This document shows positions 48,611 through 59,506 of a stretch of DNA of 64,000 nt, one piece after another (the stretch's first letter is position 1; the number at the start of each line of letters is the position of its first letter). The DNA lies in the IMG/VR virus record IMGVR_UViG_3300046787_000675, positions 1-64,000 of that record, one strand, 5' to 3'. A model generated the notes under the pieces. That model saw only the letters and a program-made list of their open reading frames with translations, did not search any database and was not told the DNA's origin. This stretch comes from a virus. Made by a program: the position numbers and the translations under genes.

Positions 48611-49684
48611 ATGAAAAGGTCTAGTAAATGCTCTATTAAGTTTACTACTAAGAGTAAACAACACAAGCTTTCTCTTATTTTAGACGAATATGCCCGTGTA
48701 GTAAATTCATTTATAGACCTCTTTTGGACATCCTGCCCAAGTAAGGCTGCCCTTTTAAAACCTGTTGTAGACTCTGTTAATTCTTATTTTTCCGCACGTC
48801 TTAGAAAAGTAGCTGCTCGCGAAGCTATAGATATGGTAGTAGCCATGAAGCAACGAGGCGGGAATAAACCTGTACATACAGGTAAACGTATGTGCCTTTC
48901 CGAAACAATTGCAAACTACAAACCTTCGAAAGCAAAGCATTTCGAAGGTTGGATAGAGTTGCGGTGTATAGGTGCTAAAATAGCTATTGACCTTCCTATA
49001 AAGCTGCACAAACACTTTAATAAGTTACATGCTTCGATGGATTTATGTAAATCCATCGTACTTACGCCTACCTACGCGATGTTCTCTTTTTCTAAAGAAA
49101 TAGAGTACCCTGCGGTTGTGTCTGCACCTCTAGCTATAGACTCCGGAATAAAAGCTCTTGCTTCGTGTTCGGACAACACCCAACTAGGTGCCGATATAGA
49201 AACATACATTAAAAGAGTTAGACGTTGTAAACAGAACTCTAGAGGGCAGCAAACTGCTCGAAGAGCCTTAAAACAACGAATAGACGAAGTAGCTAAACAA
49301 GTTTTACAGAAGGGCGCTGATGTTGTCATCGTAGAAAACTTAAAGAACATAACAAAAAACACTAAAGTCAAACGACGCTTGACTAAAAATATGCGTTGCG
49401 TTCTCGGTACTTGGAACCTGAGATATTGGTTAAGCAGATTAGAACAGCGCTGCGAATCGAACCGTGTTCGATTCGTTAGCGTTCCTGCTTACTACACATC
49501 TCAGAAATGTTCTAAGTGCGGTCACACCGAGAAGAGAAACAGGCAACAAGAAATATTCCGATGCTGTGTCTGTGATTACACAGCTAACGCTGACGTGCAA
49601 GCGTCTATGAATATTTTAGGTCTGTTTCTTGCCGGCACCTACGGTTCCGGCTGCAAAGACAAGTTTGCTATAAAAGTAAACTGA
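48611..49684 (+). CDS. tnpB: TnpB RNA-guided nuclease (compact, 357 aa, intact D-E-D and Zn finger)
   Basis: AIDSG, IVENL, YTSQKCSKC..CCVC..NADVQASMNI. Confidence 0.93.
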   Translation: MKRSSKCSIKFTTKSKQHKLSLILDEYARVVNSFIDLFWTSCPSKAALLKPVVDSVNSYFSARLRKVAAREAIDMVVAMKQRGGNKPVHTGKRMCLSETIANYKPSKAKHFEGWIELRCIGAKIAIDLPIKLHKHFNKLHASMDLCKSIVLTPTYAMFSFSKEIEYPAVVSAPLAIDSGIKALASCSDNTQLGADIETYIKRVRRCKQNSRGQQTARRALKQRIDEVAKQVLQKGADVVIVENLKNITKNTKVKRRLTKNMRCVLGTWNLRYWLSRLEQRCESNRVRFVSVPAYYTSQKCSKCGHTEKRNRQQEIFRCCVCDYTANADVQASMNILGLFLAGTYGSGCKDKFAIKVN

Positions 49685-52600
49685 TTGTCAACGGTTAACC
49701 TTATCTGTTACACCCTTCGTAACTATATCCTCTACACTCTGGGGTATTTTTTCTAAAAAACGACACCACTTGTTCTCCTTCTCTAAAATACGGTTCCACA
49801 CTATTTCATTGACGTTGCGCATATTTATTACCTCGTTTTGTTTATTATGTATGTTTCAGTACTTTATATTTCTTTAAGATTGAAAAAAGAGTTGTCTGGT
49901 TTTATAAAGTATGTCGAGAGACCTCACACATACTTCTCGATATACTAACATGTGTGTACTTGTATGAACTTCCTGGGATACTACCTTAGATTTTTCTGTG
50001 CTTAAAGGTGTACGCAATCCTTCCCAGATTTCCGTAGCTATCTTTTCATTAATATTATCCATTAGCTTTCTCTATTATCGTTTAAATTCATTACGACATC
50101 TGTAATCTGTAGATGTATGGTGTTTATAGGTATTTCCGTGAAATGGTTACGACCTACCAGATATAATGTATTCTGGTGTATCTGTTCCTCGAATATTTTA
50201 TCTATAGGCTTTCGTATATAATCCCTCACTGTGTTAAAGGGAATAACATCTATGTTTTGCAAGTAGTATTACCTCATGGATGTAGGGTGTTATGATCTTT
50301 GTAGTATGATTTTTGACGGTACATATGTTATGTATTACTTCTCGCATCATCGGATGCTTCTCTATTGATCTTCTTATGTCGACTACAGTTGTTACAACCT
50401 TGGATGAAACGTTAGTCATACTTTCGCTACCTCTTCCATAAACCCTCCGCTGTTGCTGTAGCGATATCATCTATTCCTCCTATCTCGGTGTCGCGTAAAC
50501 CGTGTCTGACATACAGATTTACATCTATATTGACGGATTCCCTTACTTGAGGATATAATTTAAATTCCATTATATCCTCTATTGTAGTTGTCACTTTTTT
50601 ATCGACTTTTCTCATAGGTTATAGTTTATCCTAGCTACCAATCCTTCATCCTCACCGTCTATTACACTCCACGTATTGTCCATTGTAAAAAAGTATACAT
50701 AGTCACTTACATCTTCTTTTAGACTTATTATTTCCTCAAATCTTTTTGTCATTACTTTACCTATAATTTTTGTTACGTTTTTCATAGTTTATCCTTCTGT
50801 ATCCCCTCGCGAGTGTCCATAACCACCCTGCTCTTAAGACCGTGTGTCACCGCCAGGTACTCGGTAAAGATATATACCGGTAATATTTTAGGTATAGTGT
50901 GTTTTAATTCATTGAGGGGTACTTGCGGGCTTTCTTTTATTAGCTTTTGTATATTTTTCATATTCAGATATTTTTTTCAATGTTAAGGGCATTACCCACA
51001 AACCTGTCTACCTTGTTTTTTTTGGCTAAATAGTTCGGTATATGTTTTCATAGGGACAGTAACCGTGCTTGTAATTGAACCTCTAAGGTCGTAACAACTT
51101 ACGGTACATATCTGTTCATGAGTCCTCCTGCGCATAATACCCTCATATTTGTATGTTTCGAAGTCTTCCCGGTCATTTCTGTTTACCAGATTTAAGGGAT
51201 CTAGAGGAGCCGTCTCTATAGATAGTCTCGTTAGGTACCTTAATCTATTTTTAATATTACCGTTTACATTAATCATAAACCATCTCACCTAATGTCTGTA
51301 GATAGGATCTTATTATCGCGTGTTCTTTATTGGAAGTAACTGTGTTTTTTACGATAAATACTACGTTAGCAATATCCAAACTCGTAGACACTTTCTCATT
51401 GCCGAGGCTTATAATACAATACTGCGTATTGCGGTATATAGGTTCGCAAGGTGGGTAAGGTTTATATATATTTAAATCATAACCATTGCCGGAACCGTCA
51501 TTAAATTCTACAGATATTTTAAATCGCTTATGTATTTCGTTTTGTACGGTGTTTTTTATGTTTTTCATAGCATTGTCCTTTCTAAACGGAGTCTATATCC
51601 TATAGATATCTTTATTATCTCTTGTAGTATAGAGTTCTGTACTTTGTTTCTAATGTCCGATACTTTTATAACATCATCCATATACATCATTACATTCTGC
51701 TCACCTTGAGGTGTATAAAAAACGTAGATTTCTCTATCTATTTCTTGTTTTCCGCTTCTGTACGATGGTGATGTTAGATCAATCACCGTTGTCAATACGA
51801 AACACTTTTGTAGTTTTTCTAATACTTTATCGCTTGTGTTTTTCAAGATATATTCCTTATACAGGAGGTTTCTTAGTATATATGTTTTCCGATAAGCTGA
51901 ATTTGTAGCTGTCTACAGTATCCCATATAGCGTCGCTCACGGTAGACCTTGTCTTTTCTGATACAGAGTTCTCCAAGTCTATCTTGACCTGTTTAAGGAG
52001 TCCTTTAAATATTGTATTGAATACTATTCTGTTGTTGTTTTTCATATGTCCTTACCTAAAAAAAAGGGAACTTTCTTCTTTTTATAAAAAGAGAATTCGG
52101 TGTTTGGTAGTCAGTGTGGGGAGGTAGCTTCAAACATGTATCTACCCTGTGTGCGATGTTTATTCGGAGGTTTATCTCTATCTCTTTAGATAAAGAGTTT
52201 ATGACCCCACATATGATTTTATGATGATAGAGTTTGTAAGCTACGATATCATGTACAGTTCGCATATTTATCATTCCTTTATTATTACTTCTTTTAGATC
52301 TCCTTTATTACTACGTTGGATATGCTTGTAGCCTTATTGTATTTGTTGACTTTATCCCTAACATCCCAGTGTATACTGTGCCATGCTGTACTCAGCGACA
52401 CTTTCTCATCGCCGCAGCTTATAATACAATACTGAGTATTTAACTGCTCATTAAAGTCTACAGATATTTTAAATCGCTTATGTATTTCGTAGTGTACAGT
52501 GTTTTTTATGTTTTTCATATCATTGTCCTTTCTATACCTTTAGATGTTCCTATAGGTAAAGTTCTAGGTGTTTTTTCGTGTACGGCTGTCTGTACCTCGC

Positions 52601-53225
52601 TCCATATACCATTAGAGTCACATACGGTGTTAAGTTTATTTGTTAGTGAGGCATCTAATGCTATTAACCTGTTGGTAATTTTATGCTCTACGTTGTTCAT
52701 AATCACATATCCTTTAAATTATTAGAACCTAGAATAGTTCTTCTAAACTCTTCTGCATTTACCGGCATAGGAGGGGCGATCAACCGGAAAGGTCTATATG
52801 TTATGGCATCGTCTGTTTTTGCAATAATGTCTATAACAGTTATTTTATCGTCTATTTCGATCCACATATGTTTAGTAATAGCCTCAGATACGTCAATAGC
52901 ATTTTCAAATACCAAAAATCTGACTTTTAAACGGATACTTGCGCTTACGTTTCTCATTATATCTCTTCTTTTTCTATGACATGTAGTCTTATTATTTGAT
53001 GTCGTGCAAGTTCACGATCCACCGGTACCCTAACCTTTCTATACACAGCGTTAGAAACACCCATTGTCATTAGATTAGCTGTATCCGGATATATCTTTTT
53101 ACTTAGCTCCTTTAATACATGAATACTTCCCACATTAATCATTGCTTACCTCTGTACATATGGGTTTTATATCTATTTCTGTTCTGTTTTCCGGTCCTAT
53201 GTTGTACATACGGATCCTCTCTGTT

Positions 53226-53260
53226 AAAAAAAAGCCCTGTTTTTAGGCAGGGCTTTTTTT
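53226..53260. terminator. Bidirectional intrinsic terminator
   Basis: A8-GCCCTG..CAGGGC-T7. Confidence 0.85.
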
Positions 53261-53278
53261 GTTTATATAATATGGAGA

Positions 53279-53635
53279 TTAGTCTTTAACTAGCTCCTTA
53301 GACATTTTGAAGTAGTCAAACTGCTTGGCTACTTTCTTCTTATAGATTCCGGGATTAATGATCATATCATCATGTCTACCTGTTATAACGCAGCCGGCGA
53401 TTACCGGTTCTTTTACTTTCATGTATAACTGTCCGTCTTTCTCGTAGAACTCGATTTTACTCGGATCTGTTTCGACTACATGATGGTTTCCGGTTGTCTC
53501 GGATTTACCTACGATCAGTTTATCTCCTACCATCTCCTCTTTCGCAGGGATGTAAGATATTACATCTCTAGGTAGTTCGTTTACTTGATAAAAGATTACT
53601 TCCCCATGGAAGCTTGTTTTTAGTTTGCTTTGCAT
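53279..53635 (-). CDS. Small His-motif (cupin-like) protein of the type usually adjacent to DUF6745 genes
   Basis: FHGEV, ETTGNHHVV, RHDDMIINPGIY. Confidence 0.65.
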   Translation of the reverse strand: MQSKLKTSFHGEVIFYQVNELPRDVISYIPAKEEMVGDKLIVGKSETTGNHHVVETDPSKIEFYEKDGQLYMKVKEPVIAGCVITGRHDDMIINPGIYKKKVAKQFDYFKMSKELVKD

Positions 53636-53701
53636 CTTTTTGTTCCTTGTTTTTTGGGTAATTAGTATACCTGTGCCTTCTGTTTAGTAAATAAGAAGAC
53701 T

Positions 53702-54640
53702 TTATTTGATGTCTTCAATAACATGTCCTGTCATATCCTCTTCCGCACGGTCTTCTAGAGCCTGGGGGATAGTGCGTACATTTGGCGATACGCCTTCTAT
53801 GGCATAAATACCCATGGTCTGGTGTTTCATAAACAGGTGTGGAGCATATTGTACTTTATCGAATAGTCTGGCCATATCATAGAGTCTATACTCAGATTTC
53901 GCGTACCACTCATTTCCGGGATAGTTTTTATAGGTGTCGATCAATTTCCCTAGTTCTACCATCCTGTCGATACCATATTTCCGCACAAACTCCATTTTAA
54001 TGTCCGAAGATTGGATCTTATGATAATCCGACAGCTTTAGTTGAGCGGTCGGTGTCATAACAAGCCATTCTGGGACATGTATCCCGTTTAACCAATACTG
54101 ACAATATCCGTCGCGCCATACGACAGCAGGGCCCATATCTTTATGGAGAACATCTCTTTGCAAGGTGTGTGTCACTACAGGAGACTCACATACTACCCAG
54201 GCTCCGTCGAGCTGTATGGTATCCCATATACCGGTTTCCAGAGATTCTTTATATCTTTCGAACTCCTCGTGTTTTAAAACACTTATTTCGCGAAAATAAT
54301 CATAGAACGCAAGCCATCCGAAATCCTTAACGCCCCCGTAGGAACCAAAACTCGTACGGGCATTCGGATCCGGAGTAGCCTTACGCAAGTCTTCCAGACT
54401 CATTTCATCCAGGATATCCTGCCGGATTAACGGCAGATCGGCAATTAGGTAGTTACCTAGATATTGGGCGGCCATAGGAGATTTAACGAAAAATACCGGG
54501 GCTTTCTTTAAACCCGATAGCTGCATTATGTATTGGCAGTATACTGTCGCCAATTCTCTATTTAGGGGTTTTATTGTGGACCATTTATCTACGATCGGCG
54601 CAAAGAGTGCTTTTTGCTCTTTTGTTAGTTCTGTAATCAT
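53702..54640 (-). CDS. DUF6745-like protein
   Basis: MITELTKEQ, VKSPMAA, GWLAFYDYF, VCESP, LHKDMGPAVVWRDG..YWLNGIHVP. Confidence 0.7.
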   Translation of the reverse strand: MITELTKEQKALFAPIVDKWSTIKPLNRELATVYCQYIMQLSGLKKAPVFFVKSPMAAQYLGNYLIADLPLIRQDILDEMSLEDLRKATPDPNARTSFGSYGGVKDFGWLAFYDYFREISVLKHEEFERYKESLETGIWDTIQLDGAWVVCESPVVTHTLQRDVLHKDMGPAVVWRDGYCQYWLNGIHVPEWLVMTPTAQLKLSDYHKIQSSDIKMEFVRKYGIDRMVELGKLIDTYKNYPGNEWYAKSEYRLYDMARLFDKVQYAPHLFMKHQTMGIYAIEGVSPNVRTIPQALEDRAEEDMTGHVIEDIK

Positions 54641-55778
54641 CGGTTGTTCCTTTTGTTGTTTTGCATGTAGGTTTTTATGAATGTCTCGATATTAGGGTCC
54701 TCGAGATCTAATTTAAAATAGGCAAAGCCTGCGTCCTCCGACGGTTCGTCGGCGGTGTAATGCAGAAACTTAGCGCCTTCTTTTGTGTATGCCAGGTAGT
54801 ATATCTGGACAGGTCCATCCGAGGGGATTGTTGTGTAGAGGTGTAGTCCTTCGACTTTTACGCCGTTAAAATACACGCTCTGCACACCTGTCTTTCTATT
54901 TACAGGCTTTGTATCTCCGTATGTTATGATAGGCATACTCAACCCTCGTTAGGTTTAAACGGAAAGCTCGCGACAATATAGGTCTCGTCGTCGTACTTCC
55001 AATGCAGCTGAAACTTATATCGGTTAACCATGGCGTAGGTTAAAGAAGCTTTTACAGGAAGATTAAGCTCTTCATCCATTATACTTGCTTCTACAGAAGG
55101 TAGGTTAGTGATACCTATCTCTCCTGGAGCTTCCGATGCCTGTATATAAGGAGATAGTATCTCCGCCATGTGTTTTATGTCTTTTTCTTTCACATGGAGG
55201 GTAACATGCCCTATACAAGGACCTTCCGTATTGTAACCTTTATACAGAATATACGGACGATCTATCTTCAGAAACTTTTCTGCTCTTTCTTTATCTACGA
55301 TATCTAATATCGCCTCTATCTCACGATGTAGATGCTCCTTGGTTATAGAAGTATTATCTATATCGCGAATTAAAACAAAGAGTGCCTCTAGATCTTTAAC
55401 TGCCGCTGTGCGTAGAAAATTCTCTATACATTTACTCTCTGTTATAGTTTTATACAGGTACCGGTGTACATCTTGTTTGTGTACAGAATCGTACTCTATT
55501 CTATCCAGCTCCTCTTTCGATAAGCGCCGTACATGTATAGAAGATGCAGAACTATCCAGCTCTATTTCTATTCCGTGTGCATGTATACCGGAGCCTATGT
55601 TATGGATATCATAGATACTTTTCATAGGATCATACAACTCCAGGAAGTGCGTGTTTCTCGGAGATATATCCGGGATAACCATACGTAGCTCCCGGATAGG
55701 CACATCCCGCCATTCAGCCGGCATTTCGTCGAATGCCTTTCTCAGGTCTGCCTGTAGCTGATCTAAGTCTTTTTGCAT
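54637..55778 (-). CDS. Two hypothetical proteins (54637-54942, 54939-55778)
   Basis: ATGA-overlapped ORFs. Confidence 0.7.
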
Positions 55779-55780
55779 AT

Positions 55781-56347
55781 CTACTCCTTTGTTTGTTCTA
55801 CGACAACAGACGAACGATCTTCAATAACCCATTTACCCTCGTGTATATAAGCACGCGTTGTCTGTTCGTATTCTATTTGGGCTTTGTCTAAGTCGGCGAG
55901 AAGCTCTGTATAGACCTTCGAGCCTTCTTCCTCGGCATACAGATCTTCTCTTTTCTCTATTACATTTACTAGAGCGGGCGGCGCTCCTTTTAGATATCCG
56001 CATTTCGAAGAGAAGAAATGATTCTCTCTAAGGGAGGTATATTGGGAGAGCATGCTTTCGGATAGACTATAGGCACATATACCCGGTTTTTTATCCTGCA
56101 ACATACATACATTATCTCCTTCCAGAAAAGGACAGGTAAATACGATGCGTTTAGCCTCTACAGCCATTTCCGCCGCCTGTTTCCATTTTTCCATAAAATC
56201 CGGAGTATAATTACCTCTATCCCTATCCCGCTTGTCCATTTCCTGCATTTTCTGTACGTACTCCAGGGTATTGGTTGCTACAAGGTTTTTGCAGCAACCT
56301 CCTGTTCGCATACAGCGAGGAGTGTTTTCAGATATGTCTTTACTCAT
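55781..56347 (-). CDS. YkgJ/CxxCxxCC-family cysteine-cluster protein
   Basis: CMRTGGCC, CPFL..NVC..KPGIC. Confidence 0.7.
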   Translation of the reverse strand: MSKDISENTPRCMRTGGCCKNLVATNTLEYVQKMQEMDKRDRDRGNYTPDFMEKWKQAAEMAVEAKRIVFTCPFLEGDNVCMLQDKKPGICAYSLSESMLSQYTSLRENHFFSSKCGYLKGAPPALVNVIEKREDLYAEEEGSKVYTELLADLDKAQIEYEQTTRAYIHEGKWVIEDRSSVVVEQTKE

Positions 56348-56808
56348 TTAAAACGCACTCCGTCTGAATTAAAGAACACATCGTTTAGAATAAGTTTATC
56401 TCCTTCGCGCATTATATTACGCCGGGATATCTCAAACGATAAGCTATTACATTCTATGTAGTCACATACTCTGTCTAAAAGCTCGAATATCGCGTCCTTT
56501 AATTCCTCGAAAGGTATTTTATCGAATTTTTCGTATATTCTGGGGTATGTATGTATGCAGGGAGTACGCATTAAATATCTGTAATACATATAATCCTGTT
56601 TACATAATTCTCTGCGCGGGGACTTTACTTTATCATATTTCTTACCGAATATATGGAATTCTTTATCTCTCCATAGTTTAGGCAATAACCTATGTTCTAT
56701 GTCCATCTCCGCCAGACAGTATTTTACAGGGTCTATTGTTGTTATCTTGACTGTATTCTCGTCTGCTAGATATACCCTGGAAAAGGCTCCTTTACCTATT
56801 AACGGCAT
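56344..56808 (-). CDS. Minimal protein-kinase-like protein
   Basis: LIGKGAFSRVY, TVK, FEISRRNI, LILND. Confidence 0.65.
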   Translation of the reverse strand: MPLIGKGAFSRVYLADENTVKITTIDPVKYCLAEMDIEHRLLPKLWRDKEFHIFGKKYDKVKSPRRELCKQDYMYYRYLMRTPCIHTYPRIYEKFDKIPFEELKDAIFELLDRVCDYIECNSLSFEISRRNIMREGDKLILNDVFFNSDGVRFK

Positions 56809-57616
56809 GTTCTTTCCTCAGTTTATTCCAGATAGACAGTTCCTTACGGGTACTGTTATCCGGTGTTTTTATCTCTGTACCGTCCTTATTCCAATAGGTT
56901 GTATAGTTATAAGGAGTACAGTAGTTCCGCTCTACACGTGTAATGCTTTTAGCAAAACCGTCGGTATACACATATATTTTAGTATTGTAGTTACAAATAA
57001 AAGGTGTCTGCCTTTTATGTCGATATCCGTAGGATGTAGGCACGGCTACCGAAGAGTAGTGACCTTTCTCACAGAAGTCTTCAGCAGCATCTACCCGGAA
57101 CTTTTCTCTCCATGTCTCAGCCATCTTTAGATAACTCCTTGTTTAGTCTTTCTAGCTCATCTAAAAAGAAAGTAGCTTTCTCTCCTTTAACGAGACTTTT
57201 TTCAGGTTCTTTCTTCTCCGGTTCAACCATTATAATATCCTGCGGGTTTTTACGGTACAAAGCCTCTGTCAGGAGGGCAATTTTAGCTACATTGCCTAAC
57301 CCTACAATACCCAGGACTTTATTCTTCATTTTTAGACAGATCCTCTTCCTGTATATGTATTTCCTTATCGAGGTTAGGTATAACTTCCGTCAGATTCATT
57401 TTTATTAGTTCTGTACTCAACATGTCTCCGTATGAATCTACTAAAGCCAAACAAGATAGAGTATATATAATTGTCTTATTATACTCCGTAGATACTCTCC
57501 CCCAAATCTCCCCTGTATTTACTTTAGCAATCAAATCTTCTCTATTAAGACTTAAAAGGTCTGTTACAAATGCTTTTAGTTTATTTAACAACTCTATTTG
57601 TTGTTCTATTCTTTGT

Positions 57617-58216
57617 TTAGTAGTTTTCATTTTCTTGTTCCTTATTGTTTGTTATTTTGTAAATGTATAGTCTATCATGTAGTCCGTACCAAGTAGGTAT
57701 ATCAATGCAGGTTATAATCTTTTTATTCTTAAATAGAAAAAAGGAATCTGCTGCTGTACAACCTCCTCGGCTTTCTCCTATATAATATAGAAGTCTGCCG
57801 GGCTTCATACGCTTTACCGCTCTTGTAAACCACTCGCCTTTGTAACTAGGCCAGGAGCAGAATACATCACTGTCGGGATTAGCTGACACGGCTGTCTCCG
57901 CGCCCATTTCTGTAACAGCTTCCCGGTGTTTAAACCCGTACTGACCTGTTTTATCGTCATAAGCAGGTATACTCAACATTTCCTCCCAATAACCGGTACC
58001 AGATCCTATTCCTATAAGATTTTCGGATTGTTTTATTCTGTCGAAAGCTTCCTTACAAGGGATAGAAAATCCAAACTTTTCTCTAAAAGCGTCTCGGTCA
58101 CGATGTTGATCATACAGAGATATGTTATTTAATAACTTCTGTATTTCAGCACGAGGCATTGTTATAAGATTTTCAAAAGACAAATCTCTAAACTCTACTT
58201 GTTTTTCGTCGTCCAT
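57617..58216 (-). CDS. SAM-dependent methyltransferase-like protein
   Basis: IGIGSGTGYW, AYD, FCSWP, YIGE..GGCTA. Confidence 0.7.
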   Translation of the reverse strand: MDDEKQVEFRDLSFENLITMPRAEIQKLLNNISLYDQHRDRDAFREKFGFSIPCKEAFDRIKQSENLIGIGSGTGYWEEMLSIPAYDDKTGQYGFKHREAVTEMGAETAVSANPDSDVFCSWPSYKGEWFTRAVKRMKPGRLLYYIGESRGGCTAADSFFLFKNKKIITCIDIPTWYGLHDRLYIYKITNNKEQENENY

Positions 58217-58415
58217 ATTTAATCCTTTGGGTTGTCTTCCCCGTCCTGTAGGTGTTGAGGAAGTTGTTCATTGTTTTTAGACCAGATATATATCTCAAAC
58301 TCTTGGTCACCCGTACACTCACACAACCAGCCAGATATCCATCCGGATAAGTCCTCTAGCTGTATGCGTGCTTTAACCATACTCGACTTACAATCAGGGC
58401 ATTCCATATAGAAAT

Positions 58416-59326
58416 TTACCCTAATCTATGAGAAACGGAATGTAAGAGTATTATTACGTCATTTATAACCTTCGTATTTTGAATAAGTTGCAATCCAGAC
58501 ACAATATGTCTCAGCGACCTCTTTACAATAACGTCGTCAGTGTCTACCTCTAACGCTTTTTTACAGAGTTTCGACGTATCCGGACACCGCAATATTTTAT
58601 TTCGCTGTTCCTGACTAGTTGCTTTTAAAGCTGCCTCTGCTGCGATAAGTAAAGAAGATACTATCTCTTTTACAGATATAGAATCAGGTACATTTTTAGC
58701 TTCTCCTAAACTCATTCTGTATTCGAGGGATTGTTTGATAACTTCATCTATGACATGATCGGCAGCAGTTGTAAGTGCGCTGTGTAAACCAGTAACCGAC
58801 GATCCTGCTACATCCGACCCTATTAATATATTCATCGATGCCCCTACCGCTTTACTATTATTGTCTAAAGCTACGAGAACAAATGTTGTTTCAGGGAATT
58901 TGTCTTTTAGACACTTGTCCATTTCATGGAGTACATGGTTATCCATATATTTTTCCTTTATTTATTTTTCTCTATTGTGTCTATAAGAAGGATTATCGCT
59001 TCCATAGCTGCATCCGACCTATGGTTTAATAAACCTTCGACGATATGATCCAGAGACTCTTGCAGGAACGCGTCGCCGTCGGTATGATTGGATGCTAAGT
59101 CGCATACAGTCATTGTTTCCTCACTGTCGAGTATCTTCTTTTTAACCTCTTCCGGTGCTTCCAAAACAGAACGGGCTGTCTCTTTAAGAGTTTGCAGGAG
59201 TATATCTGTAGGGATATCATTTCTCTGTGTTGTTCTAACTACCTCTACAATGTCCTTGAGTCTATGCTGTGCTAGTACTCTCTTTAAGTTATCCTTCATT
59301 TTATGTGCTATGTGCTCTTCGCTCAT
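58416..59326 (-). CDS. Tandem paralogue pair (58416-58946, 58958-59326)
   Basis: Shared 'L.A..E...KIL...T...C..A....D.....SL.HIV.GL......IILL'. Confidence 0.75.
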
Positions 59327-59506
59327 ATCTATACCTTGTGTTTAATTTGCTTTATACGGACATAGTTTTTTACGTCCTGCTCGAATAAGTACTTAGCATG
59401 TCCTTTAGAGTTTGCTGTACATACATATTCCTGCCTTTTACCTGTGCTATCCTGATAATGGATAACCCAAGCACGGGCTAATTCTTCCGACATATTTTTT
59501 CCTTTT

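Larger units (their letters stand above)
47957..49694 (+). mobile_element. IS607-family element 2 (1738 bp)
   Basis: tnpA + tnpB; left flank ..GAGAGG, right end ..CAACGG; removal restores a 61-aa array gene in frame. Confidence 0.9.
47297..53209 (-). repeat. Tandem array of ~20 small (24-99 aa) divergent paralogues starting M-x-N-[VI], interrupted by IS607 element 2
   Basis: Starts MYNI (53135-53209), MINV, MRNV, MNNV, MKNI, MINM, MKNN, MKNT, MKNI, MINV, MKNI (50782-50961), MKNV (50612-50785), MRKV, MTNV, MQNI, MDNI, MRNV, MNNI (47727-47906), MCII, MRSV; hydrophobic residue every 4th position in several members. Confidence 0.8.

Noticed and set aside
44887-49694. IS607 elements as IStrons
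   Set aside because: Left ends are only ~80-90 bp and AT-rich, with no room for a group I intron core.
47960-49698. GTTAA at both ends of IS element 2 as a target-site duplication
   Set aside because: Joining there gives a premature stop, whereas the GG junction restores a full ORF coupled to the next gene and fits IS607 chemistry.
47297-53209. Array as a diversity-generating retroelement target, or as a large gene fragmented by stop-codon recoding
   Set aside because: No RT or TR/VR pair with adenine-specific differences. The ORFs change frame, have their own starts and mostly end in TAA/TGA, while long genes read normally in the standard code.
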